Translations under genes and position numbers: made by a program
The notes under the pieces: generated by a model
What the model was told of the DNA's origin: nothing
The model's input: the letters and a program-made list of their open reading frames with translations, nothing else
The model's database searches: none
In this document: piece after piece, positions 23,475 to 39,939 of the stretch
Position numbering within the stretch: position 1 is the first letter of the stretch
Layout of the letters: every line of letters begins with the position of its first letter
NCBI GenBank assembly: GCA_047967505.1
Contig: CM106538.1
DNA length: 64,000 nt
Strand: one strand, 5' to 3'
Source of the DNA: Dipteris shenzhenensis
Taxonomy: Eukaryota

Positions 23475-26289
23475 TGGAGAAATATTTTTGTGATGATTAG
23501 CAGCAGGGATAAATATATAATTGAAATACGATTTCATGTCCACAGGATTATATGGTATGCACACTAATATGGACTCTTTAACTCTTGGTCCATTGCATGA
23601 TAATCATTCAAAAACAAAACAAAAGTGCCATATGCTGGAGCTAAGAGATTGGTGACAATAAAAAGCATCATTTATGAGAAACAGATTAAGTATGAAGACA
23701 AGAAAGCAGTGGAACAAAATCTGTATAAATGATAGAGACGTCTTCAGATAGACATCTTCTGGGTGGTAGTTCTAAGTGGATACATATCTAGGTTCCTTGA
23801 CTACCTTAGTCCTACGGAGTCAACTGATATCATAACTTTGCTTCTTTGTGCAATTAATTACAGGACAGTGAGGTCCTAAGGCTAAGCTAAATGGATAATG
23901 GTTGGCCAGGGTTTTCCCTGCAATTTTCTATTGAAGCTGAATTTTGTTGAATGAAAAAGGTTTGTATACTCATTGTAATCAAAAGATAAATTGTGTGCGC
24001 ATGTCTTTATGTGCAAACCTGGTGCAACTTGTAAAGATGAGATAGACCAAAGGCCAGGAGGCTTTGACATAGATTAAATGAGGTGTGGACAAATATTGGG
24101 GGCAGTAGTTCTATCTCGTTCAAATGTCTAGTCACAGGTCATTTTTCGTAGGCATTGATGTGTAGGGTCGACACATGTGAATTTGATTCAAGAGGCCGCA
24201 ACCATGGATGTAAATAATGCACTGTGCCATTTTCCGTCACAGACATCGAAGTATGACAAGACTTTTTATAGGGAGGGCATATATTTCACCATTCCTTGCA
24301 CATATTTACAACAAGAAGAGGCTTGACTTCTGGGAGACTAATGCCAAGAATGAAGATGAGTGGTATATAAATCTTGGATTCTAAAGAGAATGCCATCCTA
24401 CTCCCATAGTCAACATTTTGATAGGGATGGTTGGCTGCTTGCTTGCCCCTCCCCCTTGCTACAGCTTTTCCCCCCGCCGTCTCTCCCTCCCTGTATCTTC
24501 GCCTCTGATCTTTCTTTCTTTCCCCGCCATTGTGTTTGCCCCTTCTTCCTCTTTGTCACGCCTTTTCATTTAGGCCCCCCCAAGCTCAAGTGTTATTGCC
24601 ATCATTTGGAGCTCTTGCAGCGACCTTTCCAGTTTCAATTCGTGGACATGTGAACAGTTATAGCAGATCCCACAAGCCCTTGGCTAAGATTCGAGCAGCG
24701 CAGAGCTCTAAGTGATCCTCCATAACTTGGTCACGACTCTCCTCTGGTTTTGTCCTGGTTTGCTTTGTGCCTTTGGATAGCCCTGTGGGTCAGCTAGGCG
24801 GTAGAGCTTCGCCAGAGGTTGCCTCTTCAGTGAGACCTTTTGCAGAGATCCTTGGCCTTTGTGTGCACCTGTAGCCCTGGTCGCGCCCTTTCTTTGGCAT
24901 GTTTTGGCATGCTTTTGGCCTCGTGAACCCCTGGTAGTTGGCACGTGCTGCGTGATCTCTTGGCAGACTGGCTCGCTCAGCCTGGATGCTTTGGACAGTA
25001 AGTGGTTTGAGCCAAGGTTGCCTTCTTGGGATTCGAAAGCAGAGTTGGGCTTTTTGGTGAACTTTTTGTGCTCCTCCTTTAGCTTTGTGAGTACCTCTGG
25101 TTGCACTAAATCTTTAAGGATAGTGGACATTGGATTAGATTTTTTAGCTTTCTTGGTGTGGGAGTAGCTCGCTCTCTTAAGCCTAGCTTTTTGTAGCGTC
25201 TCGTAGTGGTTTTGGAAGGGGCCTCACCACCTTAGAGCATAGTTTCAATTACAAGCCATCTCATTTGTTTACGTTGGTATGTGTGAATAAGAAAGTCATT
25301 GTGCTAATGTATGGGTTTAAAAAAGAATTTCGCAGGGTATTGCTAATCAAAGAAAACCTATATGTGATTTGGTAAGGTATAGTTATGATAGGCTACCACA
25401 CCCTTAATGAGTATAATAAGTTAGGTCTATAAACCAATATAGCTCAGGGCTATTGCATTGTATAAATCCTTTAGGAGGGAAGGCCTCTTTTTTACTACAA
25501 AGCCAACATCTCTGTAGTGAAAAATGATGTGCTATACAATAAATGAAGCCGAATACAATAGCCATACAATAGTCACCAATAGGAGAGAGTGAATAGGCCC
25601 ATAATAGGGGCTAATCTCTATAGAGATCCAAGGCTATACATCAAATGTTTAGCAATTCTTTGGGAAACTTCAATATTACATAAATGCTAGTCTCACACAA
25701 GGTTACTCCTTTGAGGAAAGCTAGCTTTCTAGGCTTTTTGTCAATGTCCTCTTTCAATGAGTCAAAACTAACTCTCATCTCATAAGGCTACTCATTTGTG
25801 AGAGAGTGTCCTCTTTCAATGAACTGAAACTAAGTTGTTGATGCCCTTCCTATATCACGCTTTTCACATGTAGCTTCATGAATATGTTACACCTCTATCA
25901 TAGGTATTCCTATTGTCTACAAACCATAGATTACCTCAAGAATTTATAGTCTCAGATCTTACTATATTCCTCAAATTTTTTGAGACTAAACGTTACTTGT
26001 CTATGATAATGACCTTCTCTAGTGTTACAAACCAATGAGTTTAGCCTTTGCTTTTTTTCTTTTGGTTTATCCAATGTATAGATCTCAATCCATTCATGAT
26101 GCCATTTTGGTGCTCATTTAGGCTTAACAAGTATTTCCCCTTCATTGTTGTGTTGTAGGCGTGGTGAGTAGGTAGAGACTTAGGGGCAGGAGAGGCCAAG
26201 TGGTGGGGAGACAGAGGCAAGTCTTTGCTTTGTAGCCCTTGCTTCCCTTTTCCTTCACATTAATGCCTTTTGGCATCAAGCTCCATAGT

Positions 26290-26650
26290 TGAGAGAGAGT
26301 GGAGAGGGGGGGGGGGCTAACTTGCAGGAAGAGAAGGAAGGGAGAGGGAGAGGCTAGGAGAGGGAGGAAGGGGGAGTTGATGGATGGACAAGGAGGAAAG
26401 GGGGGGGGGGGGGGCTCAGTTAAGGCGATTGAGAGGGGGTGGAAGGGGGGGGCAGGAGAGGGAGGAAGGGGGAGGTGAGTTGAGGGAGCAAAAGGGGGGG
26501 TGTTGAGTGGAGGGAGAGGAGAGGGAGGAAGGGGAGGGAGAGGAGGAAGGGGCAGGATAAGTGGAGGGAAAGGAGAGGGAGCGGAAGAGACTAAGTGAGA
26601 GAGGTGTGGAGGAGAGGTAGGGAGGGAGGGTGAACATAGGGAGAGACAGG
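26290..26650 (+). repeat. G/A-rich low-complexity tract with many G-runs (G-quadruplex potential)
   Basis: G-runs of up to ~16 nt and repeated GGAGGGA units. Confidence 0.8.
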
Positions 26651-27294
26651 GAGCATAGGCAAGGTTGAATGCGATTAGCTTAGGTTAAATTTTGCAAACA
26701 TATCTTAGGCTAATTTGGGTTAATAAGGTATCGGTGCTACTGGTGTGAAAGTTGGGATTCCTAATGGTGCTGTTAGTCATGGAGAAATTTTTGGTAGTGG
26801 TGCAGTAGGTGCTATAAATTCAGAGATTTGTGGTTCTCTTCATTGGGTGTTGAGGTGTAAAAGTAGTTTTGTGTTGGTGGTGTTGGTGATTCAAGTTGAG
26901 TTAAAGGTTTGTGTGTGTATTTTCAAGTTGATTTTTTTATTTGTTATATTATTGTACGTTGTATTTGTTTATTTTTTGTTTTTGTTGGCCCTGCCTTGCA
27001 AGGGTCTAAGGGATGGACATATTAGTTTTTTGCTAATTAGGTCCATCTTGCTTCTTTCAGTTCATTTGGTCAAACTTGACCAGTTTAAGTTTGGGTTTAG
27101 TGGTTGTTTAAGGCTTTCTAATCTACTCCTAATGTGTTGTTAGGGTCAAGTTTATGTCCTCTTGTGGAGATTTTAAATGCTTTTGTCTTTTGTTAGGTAT
27201 TTCTCTCTAGAGATGGAGGCTCTCTTTGTCTCTTGTATGACACCACTCTTGCCAAAACAGCCATGTCCCCACTTTTATTTAATGGTCCATCCAC

Positions 27295-27305
27295 CACACA
27301 CACAC

Positions 27306-27343
<38 letters not shown>
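27295..27343. repeat. (CA)n microsatellite
   Basis: Seen directly. Confidence 0.95.
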
Positions 27344-27345
<2 letters not shown>

Positions 27346-28599
27346 CTTTCACCTCTTTTCTCTAGTCTCTTTCACTCATCTACCGAGATAAAAATCCTAG
27401 GGAGGCTCAAAAGGAAACAACATGATAAGATAGAAGGTGAAAGACAAGCGATACCGAGGTGATACTATTCCATTAGAGGGTGTTTTCTTAAATAGGCAAG
27501 TAGAAGATCAACATCATCTTTTCCTAGTACACATGTCAATGATCCATTGACGCAATCTACTCTACCATTCACATAATTTCTCTTAGTATTCTATGGAACC
27601 ACATTGCTCAACACCCCCAAGCTACTTTACACTTACACATGTAATGACATTCCAAAAGGTAGGGCCTTAGTGAGATCCCCACCTTGTTTTGTTTGTTGTG
27701 GGTTGTGATGTTGCAGGTTTGTTAGGTGGAGCAGGTTCTTTTCACCAAACAAGTTTTGTTGTATGTGTTAATGTGGGATTTCTTGGTTATAGTTCTATTG
27801 GTGGTGGAGATTTAGGCTACACTGTTGGATTTCCTTTGGCTCGTCCGATGTATAGACGTCGTGGAAATGGCTTTTATGGTCTAGATATGGTCGAAAGTTC
27901 AAGAATTGGTCCTAACGGAGGTTTTGTTGTCAGGGTGGCTATTTTGGTGGTGTTCAGTGGTGTTGTTTTTCAGCTTTCGTCTTCTATTCTTGGAGCTTTG
28001 GCTTCTATTGTCACTGTTGGTTCTGTTCCTACTATTCATGCTGTTGGGAGTTTGAAGTACGCTACTAATTTTGGAGCTATTCTTTAAGAGGATGAAGTGT
28101 TTTTGAAATCATTGGCAGAGTGTGTCTCAAAGAATGGTTTGAAGAGGTGTCAACTTTCTAATTGTCATGAAGTTGGTAGAGTATTGAACATACTAGGTTT
28201 CAAGCTGTATTTTTAATTTCTTTAGTGGTCGGGATTCTGTGGGCTCTGTGGCTTCGTCTAGTTCTTTTGAAAAGAAGTTTTTGTTATGATCATTAATTGT
28301 TTATCCAAATATTAGTTGTGCTTGTTCTTTTGTAGATGGACGGAGGTAGTTTCATGAAATGTAGTTTGGTTGTTGTGGATGGAACTTGTAACGAGCCGGT
28401 TATCTGATTTTTGTTGAGATGTAGCTTTTTGATATAAATATGAGCTACCTGGATATACTTTGTAAATTTGTACACTTGTCAGTTTGTCTCATTTTTTTTT
28501 CATAGTGCAGAATGGCTGGCATGTCCATTTGTAGTGACTTTTAAATTCCATTTTAAAGCGATTTTGTTTCTGGTGGGACTTTAATGCAATTTCATTTTA

Positions 28600-29030
28600 G
28601 AAGGGTTGATCCTTGGATAGTGGAGATTTAACTTCCGTCGACCACGGCCCTTGACGGATTTGAAGTCTTTGGCTATCAAACATAGATTTCACAAAAAACA
28701 TGCCACCACACTGCCAAATTAGTGCCGAGCTATATATGTCAAGCCTCCACTTCAAAGTTTAGACTCAAATTTCGATTTGGTACTTAGTTGTGCAGCATGT
28801 GTATGCTGTGTCTGTTTGAAGTACTTTTGGTTTGCTTCAACTTTCAAGCATATATGATAGGGTGCACTCTTGTCACACTACGTAATGGCTCTCCAGCCTA
28901 AGAATGTGTCCTCGCTCTCATGATTCTTGTCATTGAATCATGGCTCCAATTCGAAATTCATTTTATCAAGAAATTTAACCTGATAACTGAAGATTCTAAA
29001 ATTGGATTTCATTCCTAAATTGTCAAGGTT
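28600..29030 (+). repeat. Dispersed unclassified repeat, second copy at ~43130-43505
   Basis: Shared blocks tttgaagtct..agatttcacaaaaa..gccgagct, tgtctgt(t/c)tgaagtactt..ttcaactttca, catgattcttg and ctaaaatt..cattcctaaatt. Confidence 0.7.
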
Positions 29031-29499
29031 GATGGTTGGCAGGAAATAAACCTAGATCATTAGATAAAGGCCTCTTTTTTAAAAGAACTTTGCATAGGTA
29101 CTCCCATAGGTCAACAACATTGCGTAATGTCACTATCCGCGAGATGGAAAAATCCCCAAGGTCATTGTCCATGATGGAAGAAGATGCACATAATGCTCAC
29201 GTATGGACATTGGAGGATGAGCCTCCCACTACGACTCAATGTCTTGGAAATGACTACAGTCCAAATTTCTACAAAAACACTCAGCTCGCGGCTCCCATAG
29301 CTCACCATTTTTTTATTCCTAGACGTTCAAAAACATTAAGTCCATATATTTACATCTTGGCACACCCATGGGTATGAATGGGCAAGTGTGAAGAGGTTGA
29401 AGTATTTTAGCCTTTTCATACTCAACTTAGATTAATTTGACCTAAACATTTTGTTTGTTCTTTTTTCATTAAAAGTCCTAATTTGGATTATAAAAGCAA

Positions 29500-31900
<2,401 letters not shown>

Positions 31901-32359
31901 TGTATAGCTATCAATAGCTAAAACCTTGTCATTATTGACGGGAGATATATATCCTTAGTACCTCTTGGGGACCCACAAAATCTCATGTGCTTGAGCCCAA
32001 AATAAGTTTTAAGTTCTACATCTTTTACATATGAATGAACTTACTTTTATAAGCTAACAGCTTCATCCTTGTGTATTGTTTGTATAAATGTTTTTGTCTC
32101 CAATTATGATGTTAAATTAATTGATATTTATGGTTGAAAACAATTTAATATGTAAACATCTTAGATTAGATATGCATTCAAAGCCGATAGGCATACTCTT
32201 ATTTTACATAGTTTTTGCACCTAATCGTTTATAAACTTTACATATACTGTGCGGTAAAAAAGAACACTATGTGATGTAATTGAAAATTATCACATGGTGT
32301 ACGTACAGGGCAAGTTTTGCTATCTCGACGCCTTCACCTCCTTTTTGGTAAGTTTTTTG

Positions 32360-33550
32360 CTTGATTATATACATAACGATGACCTCTAGTTGATCAACCA
32401 TTTCTTTAATGGAGGTAGTACTCATGACATGTTCACGAGTCTATCTTTCATGTATCATAATTATCCCAATTGGGTGCAACGAGGTAATCCCGTCAAGACT
32501 AGCATGATGGGTGGAGCCAAATATGAGCGTGCTTGTTATGTGAGAATGCATTAGCAATTTGTGTTGCTATTGCTAGTGTAATAAAAGAAGTGCACGAGTG
32601 GAGATTACAGATTTGAATGCTTGTAACTACATGTTGGATTTCACATCAAATGAAAAATCTACATGAGTGGGCATTATTGACTGCGGAAGACGTTTGCACA
32701 TAATTGAGAGTAAGCATGAGCAAGTTAAGGCGCTTGCTTTTCAGGAAAAATTTCTTTGGTTTCACCAGAGCTATATGCAAGGAACGACGTGCTCCTTAAA
32801 TGAAATAATGCATGTTTGGACAATTTGGATTACTATGCTATCATTTGGTTGTTTGGCAAAAAAGCAAACTTTCTTGTGGGCTGTGGATTTGCTTTGTTGG
32901 ATAACCAAATGTATTTAGCTTATGTAATCAAGCTATTGTGGAATTGCAACATGCCTCTATGCAAGAACAAAGCTAAGAAAAGGATGACAATGGACCATCC
33001 GTCATCAGCCCATAAGAAAGTTTGTTATTTCGTCAAACAACCAATGGACAACATATCAATCTGAACTGTCTGACCATGCGTTATTTGTTTGTGGGTACGC
33101 ATCGTTTCTTGCATATAGCTCTGGTGCAAACTATGATAATCTTGCCGCGGGGAGCAAGCACCTCAACCTACTCGTGCTTGCTCTTAGTCCCATGTAGACA
33201 CCTTCTCCAATCAATAATGATCACCCCTATAAAATTTTCATCTAGTATGAAATCCAACATGTACTTGTAGACATTTAAATTGGTGTGTTTGGACCCCCGC
33301 TCGTGCACCGCTTTCATTGCAATAGCAATAGTGGCACAAATCACCAAAGCATTCTCACAAAACGTGTGTGCTCGCATCTATTTTCCAATCATGGCAAGTT
33401 TTTTCACAGGGTTGCCTCGACATGCCCAATTGGATAATTGTGATACATGAAACTTGAAAGGTAGGATCATGAACATATCATGACTACTACCTTCACCATT
33501 GAAGAAAGGGTTGATCAACTAGAGGTCGCTGTTGTGCATATAACCAATGG
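32360..33550. mobile_element. Foldback/Mutator-like non-autonomous element with ~230-bp imperfect terminal inverted repeats
   Basis: gacctctagttgatcaacc..tcatgtatca..ccaattggg..tgtgagaatgc..gtgcacgag (32370-32600) is mirrored by ctcgtgcac..gcattctcaca..cccaattgg..tgatacatga..ggttgatcaactagaggtc (33300-33540). Confidence 0.75.
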
Positions 33551-35179
33551 CTTGAAAAACGACTCTATGCATGATAGTCATAGGAAGCTCTATCTTTAAT
33601 GATGCATCAACATGTGCAGTATTGTGTCAATTTCTTGCCAGCATAAAATAAGGTTGGCTTGAAACTTGGCACATTCTGTATCTTGATCCGATACACTATT
33701 CCTTCCGCTCCTTTGCCCAATTCAATTCTTCAAGATGTGTCAATGCAACTAGTCAAAAGTGTATCGTGGTAAAGCACATGTTGGCAAACTTAGTGCATAG
33801 ATTTATTTGTGCCTTGTTGTCGAGGCTTTTCAGGTTAATCTTTTCCAAAGACCCACTAGCAGTTTGGCTATAATGTTGCAAGGCAATATTAGATGCTTGG
33901 TCTACAGCCACTCTCTCCTTTTGGTTTCTAATTTTCTACTTACTTAATCCAACAACATATCAGATGCACACATTATGAACAAGATTTTGCATCTCGAGTT
34001 TTAGGTTCTCTCTCTCTCTCTCTCTTTTGTGGGGATGGTTGCTCCCTTATGTAAATTAACTTCTGTAAAATTTAAAATTTAAAAGTATCCTTCTGTTGAC
34101 CTCACATGATAGGGTTACATATGATGAGTGGCCCCCTCAAGGAACATGTTTGTATAGATGACAAAATGCTAGTCGATATCCTCATCAGTATAGGCATCAA
34201 TATATACCGATGCTTATATCGACAGGCATACTGACGAGACTGTTGATGCTTGCATCGACTCTAGCATCGTTCGCTAATACCGACTTTGGGCTAAATTTTC
34301 CATACTGACATTTTTATAGAACATTTTTTTCAAGGGGACTCAAAATAACTTTTGACCACAAGTTTGGTCATTTGAAATATAAAAAATATAAAGTGTGTAT
34401 ACCAAAATTGAGATCAAAACACTCATATATTGATGGTGAACTTAACATACAAATGTACAAAATGCCACTATAAAAATGAGAGGGCCAAAGATAGGAAGCC
34501 TCATTGATGTCAAAACAATCAATCAATAGAATTTACATTAATGGCTTCTTGAGCCAAGTCTTGCAGGCCAAATAAGTCTATCTCAAGGTCTACATACAAT
34601 TGATCACCTATATCATCATCCTCTATTGTGTGTCTACCTAAGAGTTGATCCTCTAGATCATCCTCTAATTTGCCCTCTTCTTTCCCAATGTCTTGATCTC
34701 CACCTTGCTCCATTACAATGTCATTCTTGTCACCTTCTTTGTGGCCCATATCATCATTATTTGGATCTATTGATGACATCTTCGTATCCACATTCCTATC
34801 TTCAAAAATATGTTTGCTTTAAGGAGCAACTTGGACCACGTACATCTTGGACCTACATTGAAGTTGCAAATTAAATGCCAATAATTATATTAATTTATGG
34901 TTAAGTATATAAATATATGTATATGTATATGTATGTATATATATATATATATATATGAACATTTACCAATAATTGTTTGAAAATGAAGATATTATCTTTT
35001 AATCAATTCATTAGTATGTACCTATTCACAATGATTTCGAGGAAAAAAAGTATCACTTTCATCAGTCTAGAGTCTGGTGGAGTCAATGGCAAAAAAACCA
35101 TTGTCTAAACCATTGTAGATAGTTCTAAACCATTTGACATTAAGAATGAAAATACTAAATTGTCTAAAATCACCTTCAT

Positions 35180-38100
35180 AGATGTCACATATGATCCCAC
35201 GATAATATAACTATGAGGAGAGAAGATTGGTATCAAAAGCACTTGCTCAGCTATCTTGTACAAAGTTAGCCATGAAGTCCTCCACAATCATAGCTGACTC
35301 TCCTTGAATCGACACATTCCATAGGAAAGTGTCGTCCATGTGACCATAATGCACTGTACTTTTTGTACTATAGAAGAACATGATTAAAACATTGAGGATG
35401 CATTTTGTAGTGATTGTGACCATAAATACCCAAATTAAGTAGAAAAGTTAAGGAACCTACATGTGGCATACATCCAATTGCAATCTCTCACTCTCGATCA
35501 GCTACGTCCTCTCCATCATCTTCAATGTCATGAAGAGCTTCTCAGTAGCCAATCACATGACATGTGTCTGGGGAGAAGAGCAAGGTCCCAGTGGATATGG
35601 TACCCTTTGCCTGTGCATAACTATAAATCTTATCCTCCCATTTATTCTTTTTGCTTTGGCCTCTTCATATCTCTCAACCCATGCACAAAACTTATTGAAT
35701 TTCTCTCTTTGCTCTTCTCTCATCATTCTTTCAATCCCTTTACCTTAGGAAACCCCAGCAATGACATGATCATCCTTGATGTTCCAAGCATGTGGCATAT
35801 CAGGATCTGTGGATGCAAGAAACTTTGTGATGTATACTAATGAATCTTACACAAGCCATCCCTCTGCCAGGCTTGCTTCGAGTCTAGCTCTTTGCCTTAT
35901 AAATCCCTTTAAAGTTTTCATAAACCATTCAAGGAAAAACATCCAATGACTATGAACGGTTCCTCTAATGGCAACCTCATTAACTATGTATACAAGCAAC
36001 TGCAACTGAGTTGCCATAATGTTTGAGGGAAAGTTCTTCTCAAGCAAGAACATAGAATTGACAGAGTCCACCTTATCCCTCTCGATGCTCAATACAAATA
36101 TCTCTTTTTGTGAGATCCACCTATTCCACATGCACATGTAAGATTCAATATTCTCTACTTATTATTCAAAATTGTATGAAATATAATCAAGGTGATGTGA
36201 TAGTAAGCATACCTGGAAATGCCACTGATCTTGTAGGTCTATAGCTTTTCTAACATCTTTTGATAAGCATCCTCTCACCATAACTGGGAGGATAAACTAC
36301 CAAAGCAACAAAGGAGTTATAGCAATGTATCTCAATCATATAAGTTACACGAAAGCATCACAATCTTAGCACTACTAAGCATTCAAGCTAACATGTAGAA
36401 TACCTATAAGACCTTGTGCTAATCATGGGACTTGAGGCCACTAAGCTTATTGTCCTTTGTAAATACTCCCCTCAAGCAATGCATCTATCTCATGGGTGTC
36501 CAAAAAGATGCAATGTCTCAGGGGGGTAACTCATCATATGTAACCCTATCACGTGAGTTCAATAGAAGGTTATTTTTAATTACTAAAATTTATAAAAATT
36601 AATCTACATAAGGGAATTTTTTAAGTAAATTTGGAAAAAAATTACAGATTTGTATAGAAAAAGGGTACTTTTAATTAACAAATTTGTTATAGATAAGGGA
36701 CTTTACAAATAGGCCTTGGACGCACGTGATATAGAGGGTTTATACATAGTGACCCCCCTGAGTGCAATGTCCACCTTGACCCTTGCCTCCTCTACCTTGG
36801 AAACGTTCCATGGTGCCTTTGGGAGAACAATTCTAGAGGACGCTCTTGGGTTCCTAAACCACCTTCCTTCGTTGTAGAACCATGCTCTTGGGTTTTACAC
36901 GCATGCACTTGGGGCCACAAGTGAGGCATCCTACCCATCTCATGCAAGTCTTTTTACACTCCCCTTGTGTCTTTGTCACTAACCAAGTTTACCCAAATAC
37001 AAGCCCCCAAATTCTTGAAGATATGCATGGGATCCAAGAGATGATTGATTTGTAACTCACCCCAATATGGAAGCTCGTGAAAGATCAACAGCTGTTCCAT
37101 ACCAGGAGGAGGCTCCTCATTATTAGCTCTCCGATCTCAAATCCAGTCACTTGCCTTCCTATGGATCGATGGTGGATCAAGTTGACCTTCACGTGCAGGA
37201 TGATCAAGGGAAAGGTATTGAGCATGGCCTTCATAAACCATATTTCTCATATGTTTGGAGTGTCATGCATTCAAACTAGGACCACGAATAGAACAAGCAT
37301 GATAACCTTGTGTTTTAAGTCCTACATATATGAATGCACAAATAGGTCATTAGACATGCATAGATCACACCATATTAAAGAATAAAGGCATCAATATGCA
37401 TGCACAAGCACGTACTTGCACTCCCCATATCCTAGATAGTCATGCATGGTCCACATCAAAATTCCCATGATGAAAATGTATGTGGCCTGCCTTAGAGCTC
37501 TAGAAACATCAAAGACATGTATACGCCTCCATAGGGTCTGTAGCTACTCAATCAAGGGCACCATGTACACGTCCATATTTTTTGTCTTCTACCTCCCTGG
37601 GCACAAGTAGGGCAAGGATTAGGTGTCCCTTTGTTATTGTTAGAGCCATGGTGGGATATTGTAGCTCACCAAGACTATGGGCCATGTTGACCAAGATGTC
37701 GAGTGTAACTCAAAAGGGTTCACGCCATCCATTGCAAGACCGAGATATAAATTGTGTGGCTCCCTCACCAAGTTTGGCCACATGTTGTCTATGTGCTTCC
37801 AAGCAACACAATTTGCTGGGATCCTCAAAGTGTCATTGGTGGACCGATGTGTAGCATGCCACATCATTAGTTGCATAATGGACTTGCATCTGAACATGTG
37901 TTGTATTCTAGGGATGATGGTTAAATGTCTCAAGACCTTCACAAGATCGTCTCACCCAGCAAGTTTTGTCTATAGTACTATGTCTCACACTCCAAATAAT
38001 TAACTGAATCTCCATACTAATGACAAAACAAAACAAATTCATTAGAGCAAGCGTGCATGGTGTCATAATCCATCTCAACCATTGTCAACATATTCTTTGC

Positions 38101-38800
38101 TTCATCTCTAGAATTGGACATGGTATTTGGGGTAGGACACATCCTCTGGAGCAACCTATTGCAATTTTCATATCCAAGAAAACTTAAGAATGAGATACTA
38201 ATCAAAACAATTAGGAATAAGGATCCAAACATGATTTCACTTAGAACCTCATCAAGGCTGAGACACTTGTGTGTGACCAGCCATACTTTGCATGCAAATT
38301 CAAGATCCAGAGGCAAGCTTGTAGTTTTGTTATCCTTGCATCATCATACAAGCGTATTGATGCCAAATCTTGCATCATGATCTCATACTCAAACATCTTG
38401 TTCCCATCTCTCGTTGTGCCTCTAAAAATAGAATCCATCATGTCTCACATACTCTCGTCCTCCTCTAGAGAATCATCTAGCTCGAAGTGTGGTGCTCCCT
38501 TGCTACATGATGCAAGGTTAGTGTGTGCAATACACTCGTAATATAAATATTCATGAATTACTCAAATATCATTAGTTTACCGATGATGCACTAGAAAGAC
38601 AACCGATATCCTCTTCTCGTCATGCCTCTCCATACATTTGTAAGTTGCACATGACAATATGGCGCTGATGACAAACCTCTTGCATGCAATGTGTGCAAGG
38701 AGAAGGCAATCTCTCACGAAGCCACTCCACACTCCTCCTGAGAGGTGGTCTCCCATCTGATGAGTTGTCACTACGAGGTCATTACTCATCCTCTCCACTT
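35180..38800 (-). pseudogene. CACTA transposase (Transposase_21, DUF4218), intron-containing, decayed
   Basis: LGLAMDGVNPF..STWPIVLVSYNIPPWL, YDTMHACSNE and VHSHWMFFLEWFMKTLKGFIRQRAR, with the same intron layout as 1-1858. Confidence 0.92.
36517..36762. mobile_element. MITE (246 bp) inserted in the transposase
   Basis: TIRs CTCAGGGGGG../..CCCCCCTGAG extend imperfectly for ~50 bp. TSD TGCAATGT at 36509-36516 and 36763-36770. Related fragments lie at ~34045-34140 and possibly ~53233-53460. Confidence 0.9.
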
Positions 38801-38814
38801 GAACACATCCAAAA

Positions 38815-39115
38815 CTATCCCCCCCAAGTCAAGTCAAACACCCAAATCCCCTAGAAACCCAATCCCTCTAAAACCCTAAACCCCCTTAAACCCCTAGCAC
38901 CCCCTAAACCCCCTCAATCTAATCAAACCTTGCAAACCCCTTAAACCCATCCAAATTTCCTAAACTCCCCCCAAACCCCCTAAACCCTAAATCCCCTTAA
39001 ACCTCGAACACCCCCGAAAGCCCTCTTAAATCCCCCCTAAATCCCCTCAAATACCCTTAAGCCTCATCAAAATCCCCCAAGCCCTCTAAACCCTATTAAA
39101 CCCCCAAACCCCTGT
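38815..39115 (+). repeat. Degenerate telomere-like (CCCTAAA-derived) array
   Basis: Many CCCTAAA/CCCCTTAAA/CCCCTCAAA units, e.g. aaaccctaaacccccttaaacccctag. Confidence 0.65.
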
Positions 39116-39939
39116 TTTGCCAATATGGGTGTTGGTATATACCGACGCCCATACCAACACCTTTGCTATATATACCAATGATGATACTGTCAATCATACT
39201 GATGTAGCAGAGACAAATCCCGCACCCACCCTTCCCACAATGTCATTCATGTTTTGCTTTCTTGCATCCTCCCTCCTTCCTTTTAGCTCGCGATTGCCCT
39301 CCATCCTTGCCTCCTCACTCGACCCTCCTTCCTCCCCCTCCCACCTCTTCTACATTCTCCCTCTCCATCTCCAAGACTTGCAAGAGTTCCCTCTCCACCT
39401 CAAGGTAAGACTTTCTCTCATCTACTTCTATTTCTCTCATCTACTTCTATTTCAAGTTCTTTTTGTTTCTTCGTCTTTCCTTTATGTTTCCTTCTCCATC
39501 TCATATAGTTTCCCTCCCTTTCTCTTATGTTTCTCTCCTCCTTTCCTTTCTTTCCCTCAAAACTATGAACGGAAAGAACAATGTATGAAAAAAAAATCAT
39601 GAAAGAGAGGAGTAGGAAAGCTTACCTCTTGTTTTTGTATTTTGCTTTTGTTTGTAGGCTTTCCTTTGTCTCCTCTCCATTCCTTTGCTATGGTGCTTCA
39701 CCAAACTCTTCCTTTCACTAACATGCAAATCCGGCATGGAATCACATGTTTCCTCTCTTTTATAGGGTAAAATACTCTAAATCTATGTGGAATCATCCGT
39801 GGTGGTCATGCCTAAGATACATACTCTCTAGGTAAGAATGTGCTTTCTCTCCCTCTTGTTTTTCATTTCATGCATACATTGGCATGTAGCTAGTGCCTTA
39901 AGCACTAGCTGCAATGATGGACATAGGAACCCGTACCCC

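Noticed and set aside
23700-28500. Possible LINE ORF1 or gag relics, including ORF 24708-25130
   Set aside because: The composition suggests decayed retroelements, but no diagnostic motif was recognised with confidence.
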